This document shows positions 28,848 to 38,044 of a stretch of 64,000 nt of DNA, one piece after another. Where the stretch lies: contig CAYRUS010000001.1 of NCBI GenBank assembly GCA_964427735.1, positions 25,856-89,855 of the forward strand. The letters are read 5' to 3'. Below the pieces are notes generated by a model. The model was not told the origin of the DNA, ran no database searches, and saw nothing but the letters and a program-made list of their open reading frames with translations. The stretch comes from an uncultured Gammaproteobacteria bacterium (GTDB lineage Bacteria > Patescibacteriota > Microgenomatia > UBA8517). The translations under genes were made by a program, and so were the position numbers. Numbering within the stretch: the stretch's first letter is position 1; the number at the start of each line of letters is the position of its first letter.

Positions 28848-29562
28848 TTAGAAATCTACAGTAAAATGCTCCGTCTCATCAAAGCTTACTGTGTCATTGT
28901 AATTTCTGATCCTCTCAATTGCTTTTAAATATACCTCGATATTGTCAAAAGGATTTTTAACATGATCTTTTAAAGAAGCTATCGGAACCCAAATATATTC
29001 TCCCTCATTACTTCCTTTTAATTTACCCGTAGGCTCTAGAATAAAAAAAATCTAAAAATAGCTTGTCATCAAGTAGCTCCTTAGTTTTTGTATCCCTTAC
29101 CAAAATATGGAAAATATTAAAAAGAATTGGATTTCCTGAAAGATTTGTTTCCTCTTTTAACTCTCTTCTTGCAGCATCTGAAAAAATTTCACCGTGTTCA
29201 ACCTTTCCAGCAGGAAATCCTTGTTTACCATAAAAAGGATGCTTTTTTCGTGTATAGATAAGACATTCTTGTTTATTTCCCTTTCCTCGTATGCAATATA
29301 GATGAACACTCACTTTCCTTGGTTTTATCAATTGATTTTTATCAGTGATAATATGGTTTGCAAACTTTTTCCCTTCTTTAGTTAGCGAATAATAACCTGC
29401 CTCTTTTTTTATGTAACCCATCTCAATAACTTTATTCAGATGAAACTGAAAAGTATTATTTTCTATTGATTTATCAAATTTCAGATCTTTGTATCGCAAC
29501 TTTTCAGCAAAAAGTAGTTTATTGAGTATTCCTATCTGCGTCTGGTGGTTAAGTGTTTGCAT
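28848..29562 (-). pseudogene. wHTH-Nudix hydrolase fusion, frameshifted at an 8-nt homopolymer
   Basis: N-terminal wHTH (FQFHLNKV..GYIKK...YSLT), Nudix box GKVEHGEIFSDAARRELKEETNL; removing one base at 29043-29050 gives ...EGEYIWVP... to a stop at 28848. Confidence 0.8.
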
Positions 29563-29568
29563 AAGGAG

Positions 29569-29615
29569 ATTTTAGGAATATAGCGTAATTTTGTCTAGTC
29601 GAGTAATATCGACTA
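29569..29615 (-). promoter_or_regulatory. Promoter and palindromic operator candidate for the wHTH-Nudix gene
   Basis: TAGACA, 17 nt, TAAAAT, 6 nt, ATG; inverted repeat TAGTCGA-N6-TCGACTA (29596-29615) abuts the -35. Confidence 0.55.
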
Positions 29616-29753
29616 ATAGAAATAGCTAAACATTGCATAAAATAGCAAATGCTTCTTTGTAAAACGATAAATCTACCAGATTTAGCTTAGAGAAGTAGGT
29701 CCGAACATCATTAGGTAACTCACCTAAAATAGAATGGAAACATCCATTTCTAA

Positions 29754-31511
29754 TCATCTCAATAATAATTTTAGTTGATTTTCAATTCCTGTAATTTTAT
29801 TTAACCTAATTGCCTTTTTATATCCAAATTTTTTTGCAACACGAATTCCTCTTGCGTACCAAATAGGTGAAAGATTTTTCGTTAACAAATTTTTAATAAA
29901 AACTTTGAAATTACTTTTAACAGTTTGATTAGGGGCGGCATTTGGCAAATCGATATATAAAACTGATTTCTCTATTTCTTTCCATAAATTTTTCAATCTT
30001 TTTTGCTCAGAAACTTTACTAGCAAATTTTGGTTTCCCACACATGCAAATAACCTTCCCACCTTTTTGAATAAATTGAGATATCTTTTCTAAGACTTTTA
30101 TCGATATTATTTCTGATTTAGGAAGGATTAAAAATTTATAATTGTCCAAACTGTCATTTTCTATTGAAAAATCTGGAAGATAGTCAAACTCCACATTAAT
30201 GTTAAAACAGGCAAATGATGCAGCCTGAAATGCTTTATCAATAGTATATGCTTGCTTTGTATCACCAGGTGATAAATATCCCCACACCGACTCTATTGGA
30301 TAATAAATAGCTGTTTTGGGCTTTTTCAACTTTGTATCCTGGAAAACTCGCTTTGTAGATTTCACAAATTTATCAAAATTTCGCCAGAATTTGTGTGCCA
30401 TAAAAGACGGTGGACAATCGTGATATCTTTCACCTCTCAAAGAATAAAATAAAGCATGAGGAATAAGTACTGTAAGACCTTGTTGAGCTTGCCACTTAAC
30501 TACCTCATCCATTTCTTTTCTTGTCAAGTCCCAACCAAAAACACCAAATGTTTCTGCTGTAACACCATATAAATTAAATACCTTTCTTGCTGAATTTGCT
30601 AAATTGGAAGTGATCAATGCGCTTGGTTCGAGTTGGCTCAATAAATCATACCCAGCAAAATCCAAATATTTCATTGTGGCAAAGAAGTTTCCCTGTGTTC
30701 TTGCTGTATTAACCATATCTTCTTCAGTTAACACGTGGCCAATAAAAAGAACCCCTCTTTTATGACACCACTCTTGTATAGGTTTGAAATAGCTCTCCTG
30801 ATAAAGTTTGCTGATTGTTTTCCAATAATCAATCCTGATTTCAATTGACCTATGTCCTTGATTTTCAAAAATAAAATCTAAAGATTTTTCCAATGAGTAG
30901 CCATTTATTTTCTTAAAATGTTTTGGTAAATTTTCTGTCCAAGGAATAGAATTAGGATCAGAATCAGCAAAATTATTGTACATTCCGGGCTCATCTGTAA
31001 AAAACCCTACAATTACTTTGCCAAAATATTTTTTAAACCTCCTCCAGTATTCTTCATAAACAAGATCTATAAAAGAGTTGGTTGTTTCAGGATTAAGAAC
31101 GTCAATATATCGATCTGTAGAATATGCAGGTTTCCAGCTTGTTTTTTTAACTTTATACCCCTTGGATGTCTTAACTAAATGCTTTCCACATAAGTTTGGG
31201 TCTTTCTTAAGCAATTTTCCACCCGCATAACCACTTGGCCAGTTTAACTCATCATAAATCCATATTTTCATTTTATTACTAGCAGCTTCTTCTAGTACAA
31301 AGCCAACCGCGTCAAACCACTCTTCAGATAAATATGGTGTTTCTAATCCAAATCTAGGGTGGATGATTACTTGGTTCATCCCTTTTTCTTTAATTTCAAG
31401 TAGCTGTCTCTTTAGCTTTTCTTTCTCAAGTTTGTCATTCCACATCCAAAATGGAACAACAGCTTCTTTTTTAAACTCATTAGCTATTCTTAATATGTTT
31501 TTGTTTTTCAT
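29754..31511 (-). CDS. GH106-like (alpha-L-rhamnosidase-type) glycoside hydrolase, no signal peptide
   Basis: PFWMWN, HPRFGLETPYLSEEWF, IYDELNWPSGYAGG and GFFTDEP motifs; C-terminal trimerisation-like domain. Confidence 0.78.
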   Translation of the reverse strand: MKNKNILRIANEFKKEAVVPFWMWNDKLEKEKLKRQLLEIKEKGMNQVIIHPRFGLETPYLSEEWFDAVGFVLEEAASNKMKIWIYDELNWPSGYAGGKLLKKDPNLCGKHLVKTSKGYKVKKTSWKPAYSTDRYIDVLNPETTNSFIDLVYEEYWRRFKKYFGKVIVGFFTDEPGMYNNFADSDPNSIPWTENLPKHFKKINGYSLEKSLDFIFENQGHRSIEIRIDYWKTISKLYQESYFKPIQEWCHKRGVLFIGHVLTEEDMVNTARTQGNFFATMKYLDFAGYDLLSQLEPSALITSNLANSARKVFNLYGVTAETFGVFGWDLTRKEMDEVVKWQAQQGLTVLIPHALFYSLRGERYHDCPPSFMAHKFWRNFDKFVKSTKRVFQDTKLKKPKTAIYYPIESVWGYLSPGDTKQAYTIDKAFQAASFACFNINVEFDYLPDFSIENDSLDNYKFLILPKSEIISIKVLEKISQFIQKGGKVICMCGKPKFASKVSEQKRLKNLWKEIEKSVLYIDLPNAAPNQTVKSNFKVFIKNLLTKNLSPIWYARGIRVAKKFGYKKAIRLNKITGIENQLKLLLR

Positions 31512-32821
31512 CAGCCGATCATTTGAAGAACTTTTAGTACTGTTTCTTTGCCTTGTTTGTATGCTACATCACTATTGCAGTAATCAAAACTACCACCTCT
31601 TCCACAGTGATAAACATCATATTTGTTGTAAAATGAATGAATCTCATCTACAGTTTCTCTTAGACCATTTAATTGAAGAGGATAGGCAAACTCTACTTTT
31701 AACATATCCCAAGCGATTGGTTTTCCTAAATCTTTAAGACCATCGACTTCTTTAAAATCAGCAATGATTTTTCTCAGATATTCTTTTGACTTTTCTTTGG
31801 AAATATTTGTATTTTTTACCGATAACTCAACAGAAATAGGGGTAAGGTTTTCCCTACTAAGTGCAGGGCAAAGATTTTGTAACACTGAAACCCTACGAAA
31901 AATATATTTTTTTTCTGGATAATAAATTGCTGTTCCATCTAATTCATGTCTTCCATCAAAAACCAAGTTATAAACTAAAATGCTTAGTCTTTTAAGTTTT
32001 TCGTTACCTTTAATTTTTAAGCTTTTAGGTAAGCCATCAGTTATCTGTGCAATGGAGTCTAGGGGAAGAGAAGATATCAAGTATTTGTAATAATATCTGC
32101 CCTTATTTGTATCAATATATTTTTTCTTTATGTTAATAGATAAGACTTCAGTGTTGGTGAAAATTGGTACAGCAGCCTTTGCCATGGCATTTGTCAAAGT
32201 AGATATATTCCCTTTTTTGGGATAGTAGTAAGATTTATTTGGCGAGAGACGTCTTTTAGATCCTTCAACAACCTCATTGTAATCAACCTTTACAGGTCTG
32301 CCAAGTGCCCATTTATAATCCATTTTAGCTAAATCTACTTGCCACTTTTTTTCTTCATATGGAAAAAGTACTAAGTTGCAAAAATATTCTCCAAAATTGT
32401 TTATTAACCAATCTCTATAGCTTTTTATTCTTTTAGGTGATTTCCGTGTCCTTTCTAAATCATTTATTATTTTTTTCCTTTCGGCTTCAGAGATATCAAC
32501 TAAATAACGTTGCAGAGGAAATCCAAGAAGGCCATATTTTGAAAGGTAAGTTCTCTCTACAACAGGATATTGTTCATAATTTCCTTCTAAAAAAGATAGA
32601 ATTTCTTCTTTATATTCTGAATCATCAAGAAGAAGTATTTTTGGACCGTAGTCAAAATCACATCCGTATAAACTTGTATTTTTGTTTAATCCACCTGGGT
32701 CAGAATCTTTTTCCAAGATAATACTGTCTTTCCCAGCTGTCCTTAATGCAACTCCTGCTCCAAGACCTGCTATACCAGCTCCTAGAACAATAAATTCGTA
32801 ATGGTTTTTATTTTCCTGCAT
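31511..32821 (-). CDS. FAD-dependent oxidoreductase, UDP-galactopyranose mutase/HemY-like
   Basis: IVLGAGIAGL, EK..PGG, DYGPK, YYYPKKG, GRGGSFDY; ATG 32821 overlaps the upstream gene. Confidence 0.8.
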   Translation of the reverse strand: MQENKNHYEFIVLGAGIAGLGAGVALRTAGKDSIILEKDSDPGGLNKNTSLYGCDFDYGPKILLLDDSEYKEEILSFLEGNYEQYPVVERTYLSKYGLLGFPLQRYLVDISEAERKKIINDLERTRKSPKRIKSYRDWLINNFGEYFCNLVLFPYEEKKWQVDLAKMDYKWALGRPVKVDYNEVVEGSKRRLSPNKSYYYPKKGNISTLTNAMAKAAVPIFTNTEVLSINIKKKYIDTNKGRYYYKYLISSLPLDSIAQITDGLPKSLKIKGNEKLKRLSILVYNLVFDGRHELDGTAIYYPEKKYIFRRVSVLQNLCPALSRENLTPISVELSVKNTNISKEKSKEYLRKIIADFKEVDGLKDLGKPIAWDMLKVEFAYPLQLNGLRETVDEIHSFYNKYDVYHCGRGGSFDYCNSDVAYKQGKETVLKVLQMIG

Positions 32822-33557
32822 ACCTTTTATCAGCTTCCTCGTATATATCAATACTTCCTCCAACGTCTGACCACCAACCACTGATTGCGCTGAATTTTAA
32901 GTTACCTTCTTTAGCATATAAACTGTTTAGATCCCATACTTCTGTTTCTCCCCTTTTTGATGGATTGAGATTTTCTATTCTTTCAAATACATCCTGATGA
33001 TACATATAGATTCCTAAATCAATTAATCCACTTTCGTGTCTGTTTTTATCTTTAGACAAAATTTCATGCACATTATCACCTTGATTAATAAGAGGACTGT
33101 ATCCTGCAGTATCTTTTAAATAGGTAGTTGTTAATCTTGCCCCACTTTTTTGCTTCATAAAATCACTAACAGGTTTTTTTATACCTTCTTCAATGAGTAC
33201 ATCTCCACAAACAACCACAATCTTTCCCCTCTCAATAAAATTCTTCGCTTGATAAATTGCTGAAGGTATTCCTTTTCCTTCTGGATGTTGCCAGATATAT
33301 GCAAGGCTTCTTAGTCCTAAATCGGATCCATCTTTAAGTATTTGCATAAACTCAGAAGCATATCTTTCATCAATTAATAGTAAAATATCTTTTATGCCTG
33401 CATTTATTAATTGGTCAATAACTCTTACTACCAAGGGCTTTCCACCTACGGGTAGAAGTTGTTTACTTATTTGAGCTGTAAGTGGAAGCAAGCGCGTCCC
33501 TCTACCTCCCGCCAAAACCAGACCTTTAACCTCTGTAGATTTTGTTAGAGTAGACAT
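32808..33557 (-). CDS. Sugar-1-phosphate nucleotidyltransferase (RmlA-like)
   Basis: GLVLAGGRGTRLLPLT..SKQLLPV, PSKRGE, WWSDVG. Confidence 0.9.
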   Translation of the reverse strand: MSTLTKSTEVKGLVLAGGRGTRLLPLTAQISKQLLPVGGKPLVVRVIDQLINAGIKDILLLIDERYASEFMQILKDGSDLGLRSLAYIWQHPEGKGIPSAIYQAKNFIERGKIVVVCGDVLIEEGIKKPVSDFMKQKSGARLTTTYLKDTAGYSPLINQGDNVHEILSKDKNRHESGLIDLGIYMYHQDVFERIENLNPSKRGETEVWDLNSLYAKEGNLKFSAISGWWSDVGGSIDIYEEADKRYAGK

Positions 33558-33614
33558 AGAAAGTATTATTATAAGACCTATAATAATACTTTCAGGGATA
33601 TTTTTCAAGTTTTA

Positions 33615-34331
33615 CTAAATATCATGTACAAGTTTTTCTACAGTAATTATCCCATTCCATTTACTTTCAATTTCCCTTTTTATTTGTTTAAAATGTAATG
33701 AATGCTTTTTCTGAGGAATTAAAAAATAAACCATATGAGTTGTTTTGATTGCGTATGTCTCCTGGTTTCTAAGATGTTCATAAATTTCATCAATCTTGTT
33801 TCTTATATATTCAACTCTGTTTACTCTTGGAAAGTGCTGATAGATCAATAAAGAATGGTTCTCATTCCAAAGACTTAATATCTCATCCCAGAATACATAT
33901 TTAGAACTGTTTTTCCTTCCCTTGATAATAGAACGAGTTGCTATCCCATTATCAGGATCTAGAAAAACAATATCACTATCATTTGAAAATTCTTTAAGTT
34001 TTTTAAAATACTTATTCCTTTCTTTTAAATTATCCTTCAGTTCTTCCCAAAAGTATTTTGCATTAGGAACAATATTTTGTTCTTCAACTAGACGTAAATT
34101 TTTTGTTTTACGGACAACTACTGCATGGTGTAAAAAATCAAATATACCTGGTTCAAAAGGTCTCCATTTATCTGAATTTAATAAATATTTGTTTATATTG
34201 CCATCATTCCTATAATCATTAGAGGTTAATAACCAGGCAACAGCTATTTGCAGTTTTCCATTGTCTGAAATGTCGTTAAGAAGACTATATTTTTTATAAT
34301 CACTTATATCACCAAAATATTGATGCTTCAT
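33615..34331 (-). CDS. Conserved hypothetical protein, possible divergent Rossmann methyltransferase fold
   Basis: MKHQYFGDISDYKKYSLL N-terminus and IVFLDPDNG motif. Confidence 0.6.
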   Translation of the reverse strand: MKHQYFGDISDYKKYSLLNDISDNGKLQIAVAWLLTSNDYRNDGNINKYLLNSDKWRPFEPGIFDFLHHAVVVRKTKNLRLVEEQNIVPNAKYFWEELKDNLKERNKYFKKLKEFSNDSDIVFLDPDNGIATRSIIKGRKNSSKYVFWDEILSLWNENHSLLIYQHFPRVNRVEYIRNKIDEIYEHLRNQETYAIKTTHMVYFLIPQKKHSLHFKQIKREIESKWNGIITVEKLVHDI

Positions 34332-34494
34332 AGTTGAAGGTTATTGCAAATTAAGTCAAAAATCAAAGCTTTTGAATATATAAATTGCTGGCGCTCCAAC
34401 CAGCGGGCATAACTTTACACAAATAAAAAGACTTTTTGTAAGATATGGAGAAAGTGTTGATGATATAGAAGTTAGATATTGCAGATTGAGCTTC

Positions 34495-35507
34495 TTATTT
34501 AATAAATTCTCTCAAAAATCGTTGATACTTTCTTAACATATCCTGTCTCTCTCTAACATCTCTGACGTGCATAAGCGGTTCATCTAAACTAGACACTTTT
34601 CTTATTGATAGCCTTAACTCCTCTGCTTCAGGGTTGGTGTGATTTATATAAATATCATTAACTACAACATTGAGGAGGCTTTGATCTATCAACAATCTAA
34701 CTAACACTCGTGTAAAATCTCTTGATTTAATATTATGCAAAATATGGGGTATGTCTGCTTTTGATCCAATTTCTTGAAGAAGCATATTCAACTTCCTTAC
34801 ATCTTCGCTAAATACAGATGGTACTGTATAAGTTTTTATTCTTATCCTATCGTAAAAATTATTTATTAATTTATTAAAGCCTGAATTATTGTAAGGATTC
34901 GAGTCTTCATCAATGAATGCTAAGACATAAACTTCTGCATCTCCACCAGGTAATTTATCCTGTAGAATTCTACTAGTTCCAACTACTGATCCACCGCCCT
35001 TTACATTATCTATCAACCCAACTCTATTAAGTGACTTACGTGCTTTTGATTGTATATGACGAATAATCGCATCGATAGTGTTTCCCTTTCCTGATCCGTA
35101 ATGACTTTTCGTACTATCTTTTATGTCAGTATGTACTCCCACTGGTAAAGGTATCATGACTGGCAATTCTAATTCTTTTAAATTATCCAATTCTTCCAAA
35201 ATCCAGGTTATTGGACCAGTTCCCCTTTCTGTATAAAATATACAGTCCAAATTTTGTTCTTCAAGATCAAAACCTGCAGTATGTACTTTGTCTACAAAAT
35301 CTCTGTACTCGTGTGGTGATCTCCTATATTTCCTGTTATCAAAAAAAATCGTAAATACCTATTTTGGTTTTCGTCCCATGGCTTCCATAAATGCGACTTA
35401 TCGATTGGTTTACTTTCTGGAAGTTTCTCTGTAATGGTCTCAATTATTCTAAATTTTCTAATAAATATCTTTAAATAATATTTTTCCGAAATAGAAGTTA
35501 CCAGCAA
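34495..35507 (-). pseudogene. Phosphoribosyltransferase-like protein frameshifted at an 8-nt homopolymer
   Basis: DCIFYTERGTGP and VGLIDNVKGGGS motifs; ORF 35292-35507 joins the 34495 frame if the run at 35341-35348 is 9 nt; true start uncertain. Confidence 0.5.
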
Positions 35508-35524
35508 CGCATAAAGTTATTCTG

Positions 35525-35983
35525 CTATAACTCAGGAACAATATAGCCAAGGACATCAAAGTCCGGGTGCCATATTTCAATCATGTCATCAGTAAATTCT
35601 CTAATATATTCGGAAGTCCCCAACTTCTTTTTTTTATATTCTTCAAAATTTTTAATCTCAAAATCGCCACAGCCAACATGCATTCTATAAGGATCTACTA
35701 CTCTTATGCCCAACTATTTAATTTCTTCTCCTGATATTTTTTCATCAACAACTGAATAATAACTAGTTTTTGAATTAAATGGAGCAGGATCTCCTTTTTC
35801 TGAAACTGCATTATAAATATACTCGTACTCATCGAAATAGTGAGCAAATAGTTTAAGTGTGTTTATAGGAAGTTCTTCTATTAAAACTTCTTTAGAAAGT
35901 TTCCTTAATTCTGAAGCAATATATTCATAAGCTTCATTCAACTCCTTTTCTGTCTTTATTGGGCTAAATTTGTATAGGTTCAT
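35525..35983 (-). pseudogene. Hypothetical gene interrupted by an in-frame TAG
   Basis: ...GAA ATT AAA TAG TTG GGC ATA AGA...; the two track ORFs are contiguous and in the same frame. Confidence 0.7.
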
Positions 35984-36642
35984 GCTAAAAACTTCTCAAT
36001 TTCATTCATAACTAATTCACATTCTTCTTTTGATTTTCTAAAGTTATGTCCCATACTGGGTTGTCTAACTACATAAGTATCATTAGCATTATTTGCTATC
36101 TTTTCAGTAACTTCTGGTATAACGCTTGTATCCTCAAGGGCAATAAATATCATTAGGGGTCTATTTAAGCCCCTTACGGCCTCGGAAGCTGAGTATTTAG
36201 AAGCATCTTGGGCAAAAGAATATGGGACTTTGAATTCTCTGTATTTGTTTGGATGGTTAGGTAAATCCCTTTTTGAGACCCTGACACCATTTTCTTTCCA
36301 TTTATCTACTGAATCCTTACGACCATCCGGGGGGCAGAGAGCAGCAATCTTAGTAACAGCAGGATTCTTACTTCCGGCAATTATTGCTATCATACCACCC
36401 TGACTATGTCCAATAAGTATGATTTCTTCAGCATCTTGTTCCTTGTAAAAGTTTATTCTCTCTTCAACTTGATTGAGGATATTAGTAATCGTATAATTTT
36501 TAATATTTCCTGTGCTCCATAAGTTACCTGGATCAATTCTCTCAACTGAATAGCCCAATTCTCTGAGTCTTTTCTCAAAAACCTTCATATGAAGATAGTC
36601 CGGTGAGCCTAAATATCCTGGAATTAATATTGCCTCTTTCAT
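35980..36642 (-). CDS. Alpha/beta hydrolase
   Basis: GHSQGG elbow, EDTSV acid, GHNF His. Confidence 0.85.
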   Translation of the reverse strand: MKEAILIPGYLGSPDYLHMKVFEKRLRELGYSVERIDPGNLWSTGNIKNYTITNILNQVEERINFYKEQDAEEIILIGHSQGGMIAIIAGSKNPAVTKIAALCPPDGRKDSVDKWKENGVRVSKRDLPNHPNKYREFKVPYSFAQDASKYSASEAVRGLNRPLMIFIALEDTSVIPEVTEKIANNANDTYVVRQPSMGHNFRKSKEECELVMNEIEKFLA

Positions 36643-36660
36643 CCTTGTTTAATCTAACTT

Positions 36661-37158
36661 TTATGAAGATAAGGCTCTTTTTATGCTTTTTTCAGCAGAA
36701 TCGAGATTTTTACCTAATACAAAGGCAAATTCTTCAGATAAGCTTCTAATTGCCTCATCTAAAAGCCTTCGTTTAGTCAAAGAAAAACTCTTGTCTTCGT
36801 CATTTTTTTCTTGCCAAAGATATTTCGCCACTAAAGCAGTTTGTTCGATTTCATTCTCTGAAATTTTTTCCTTTAGAATATCCGTGTCTATCTTTGAATT
36901 GGAGTTTTTGATTGCAAGTAAATTTCTAACTTCTCTTATTTTGCTCTTGTCTACAGGCTTTCTGATATCGCTGCTTTTTAAGCTTTTTAAAGGAATAGAA
37001 ACTATCGTTGAAGTATTGGATCCATTTGCAAAATATGGTTTGAAGTAAACTATCTTATTTTTTTCACCTAATGCTTCACGGATACCAATCTTAAAAATTC
37101 TAAATATCCTGCCATTATCTACTATCTTATCTCCCACTTTCAGCCCATCTGTGCTCAT
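36661..37158 (-). CDS. carD: CarD/CdnL family RNA polymerase-binding factor
   Basis: LKVGDKIV N-terminal RID-like region, IRKPV, C-terminal SLTKRRLLDEA..LSEEFA. Confidence 0.7.
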   Translation of the reverse strand: MSTDGLKVGDKIVDNGRIFRIFKIGIREALGEKNKIVYFKPYFANGSNTSTIVSIPLKSLKSSDIRKPVDKSKIREVRNLLAIKNSNSKIDTDILKEKISENEIEQTALVAKYLWQEKNDEDKSFSLTKRRLLDEAIRSLSEEFAFVLGKNLDSAEKSIKRALSS

Positions 37159-37285
37159 ATAGGTATATTATAGCATTTTTTTACTCTATTTACAAAAGAA
37201 ATTACCTATAATTAGGCGTTTTTAAAACAACAAATTTTAGTAAAAAGCGATATTTCTTGAAACTTTCAGTTTTACATTTATATGA

Positions 37286-37966
37286 TTAAGCGAGTGATTG
37301 TTGAACTTGGCTTTGTTTAGGTTTTTTCTTTGCTTTTTGCAGCAGTTTCATAACATCATTATCCGAAACCTGATTAAAGTTCTTATAATACTGCCCAATT
37401 GCAGTCATATAAATAGGGGATAATATGCAAATAACCTCATCCGCTAGATCTTCAATCATAGATATTGTATCTTTTGCACATACCGGCGAAGCAAAAATAA
37501 TTTTAGAAGGAATAAGTTTTCTAAGACCTTTTATAGCTGCTTTGGCAGTTACACCTGTTGCTAATCCATCATCTATCAAAATAACAGTTTTTCCTTTCAA
37601 ATTTAACGACTCATTTTTGCGATACTTTTGTACTCTTCTATCTAGTTCTTCTTTTTCCTTAATGATATAACTCTCAATGTCTTCTTTTGATAACTTGAGA
37701 TAATCAATTGATTCAGCATCCAAAACAATTGTATTTTCTTCTGCAATTGCTCCTATTCCAAATTCTGGACTTGTGGGGGCACCAATCTTTCTAGAAACAA
37801 AGACAGTTAGTGGTAAATTTAACTTTTTTGCTACTTCATAAGCCACAGGGACACCACCTCTGGGTAATGCAAGAATTATCACATGCTTGGAATTTCTATA
37901 AGAATCTAGTGCCTTTGCCATAATTTTACCTGCTTGATGTCTGTCCTTATAAGAAGAATTAAGCAT
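37286..37966 (-). CDS. Putative phosphoribosyltransferase
   Basis: LALPRGGVPVA, RKIGAP, VILIDDGLATG. Confidence 0.9.
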   Translation of the reverse strand: MLNSSYKDRHQAGKIMAKALDSYRNSKHVIILALPRGGVPVAYEVAKKLNLPLTVFVSRKIGAPTSPEFGIGAIAEENTIVLDAESIDYLKLSKEDIESYIIKEKEELDRRVQKYRKNESLNLKGKTVILIDDGLATGVTAKAAIKGLRKLIPSKIIFASPVCAKDTISMIEDLADEVICILSPIYMTAIGQYYKNFNQVSDNDVMKLLQKAKKKPKQSQVQQSLA

Positions 37967-38044
37967 GTTTATATATATCATGCTTTAAAAATATAAGTTG
38001 AAGAGTAAAAATGATTTAACTGAGTGTAATAAATTAGTAAGAGA

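Noticed and set aside
28252-36642. Integrative element at tRNA-His
   Set aside because: The region looks accessory, but I found no integrase and no duplicated tRNA-His 3' end, so no mobile element is called.
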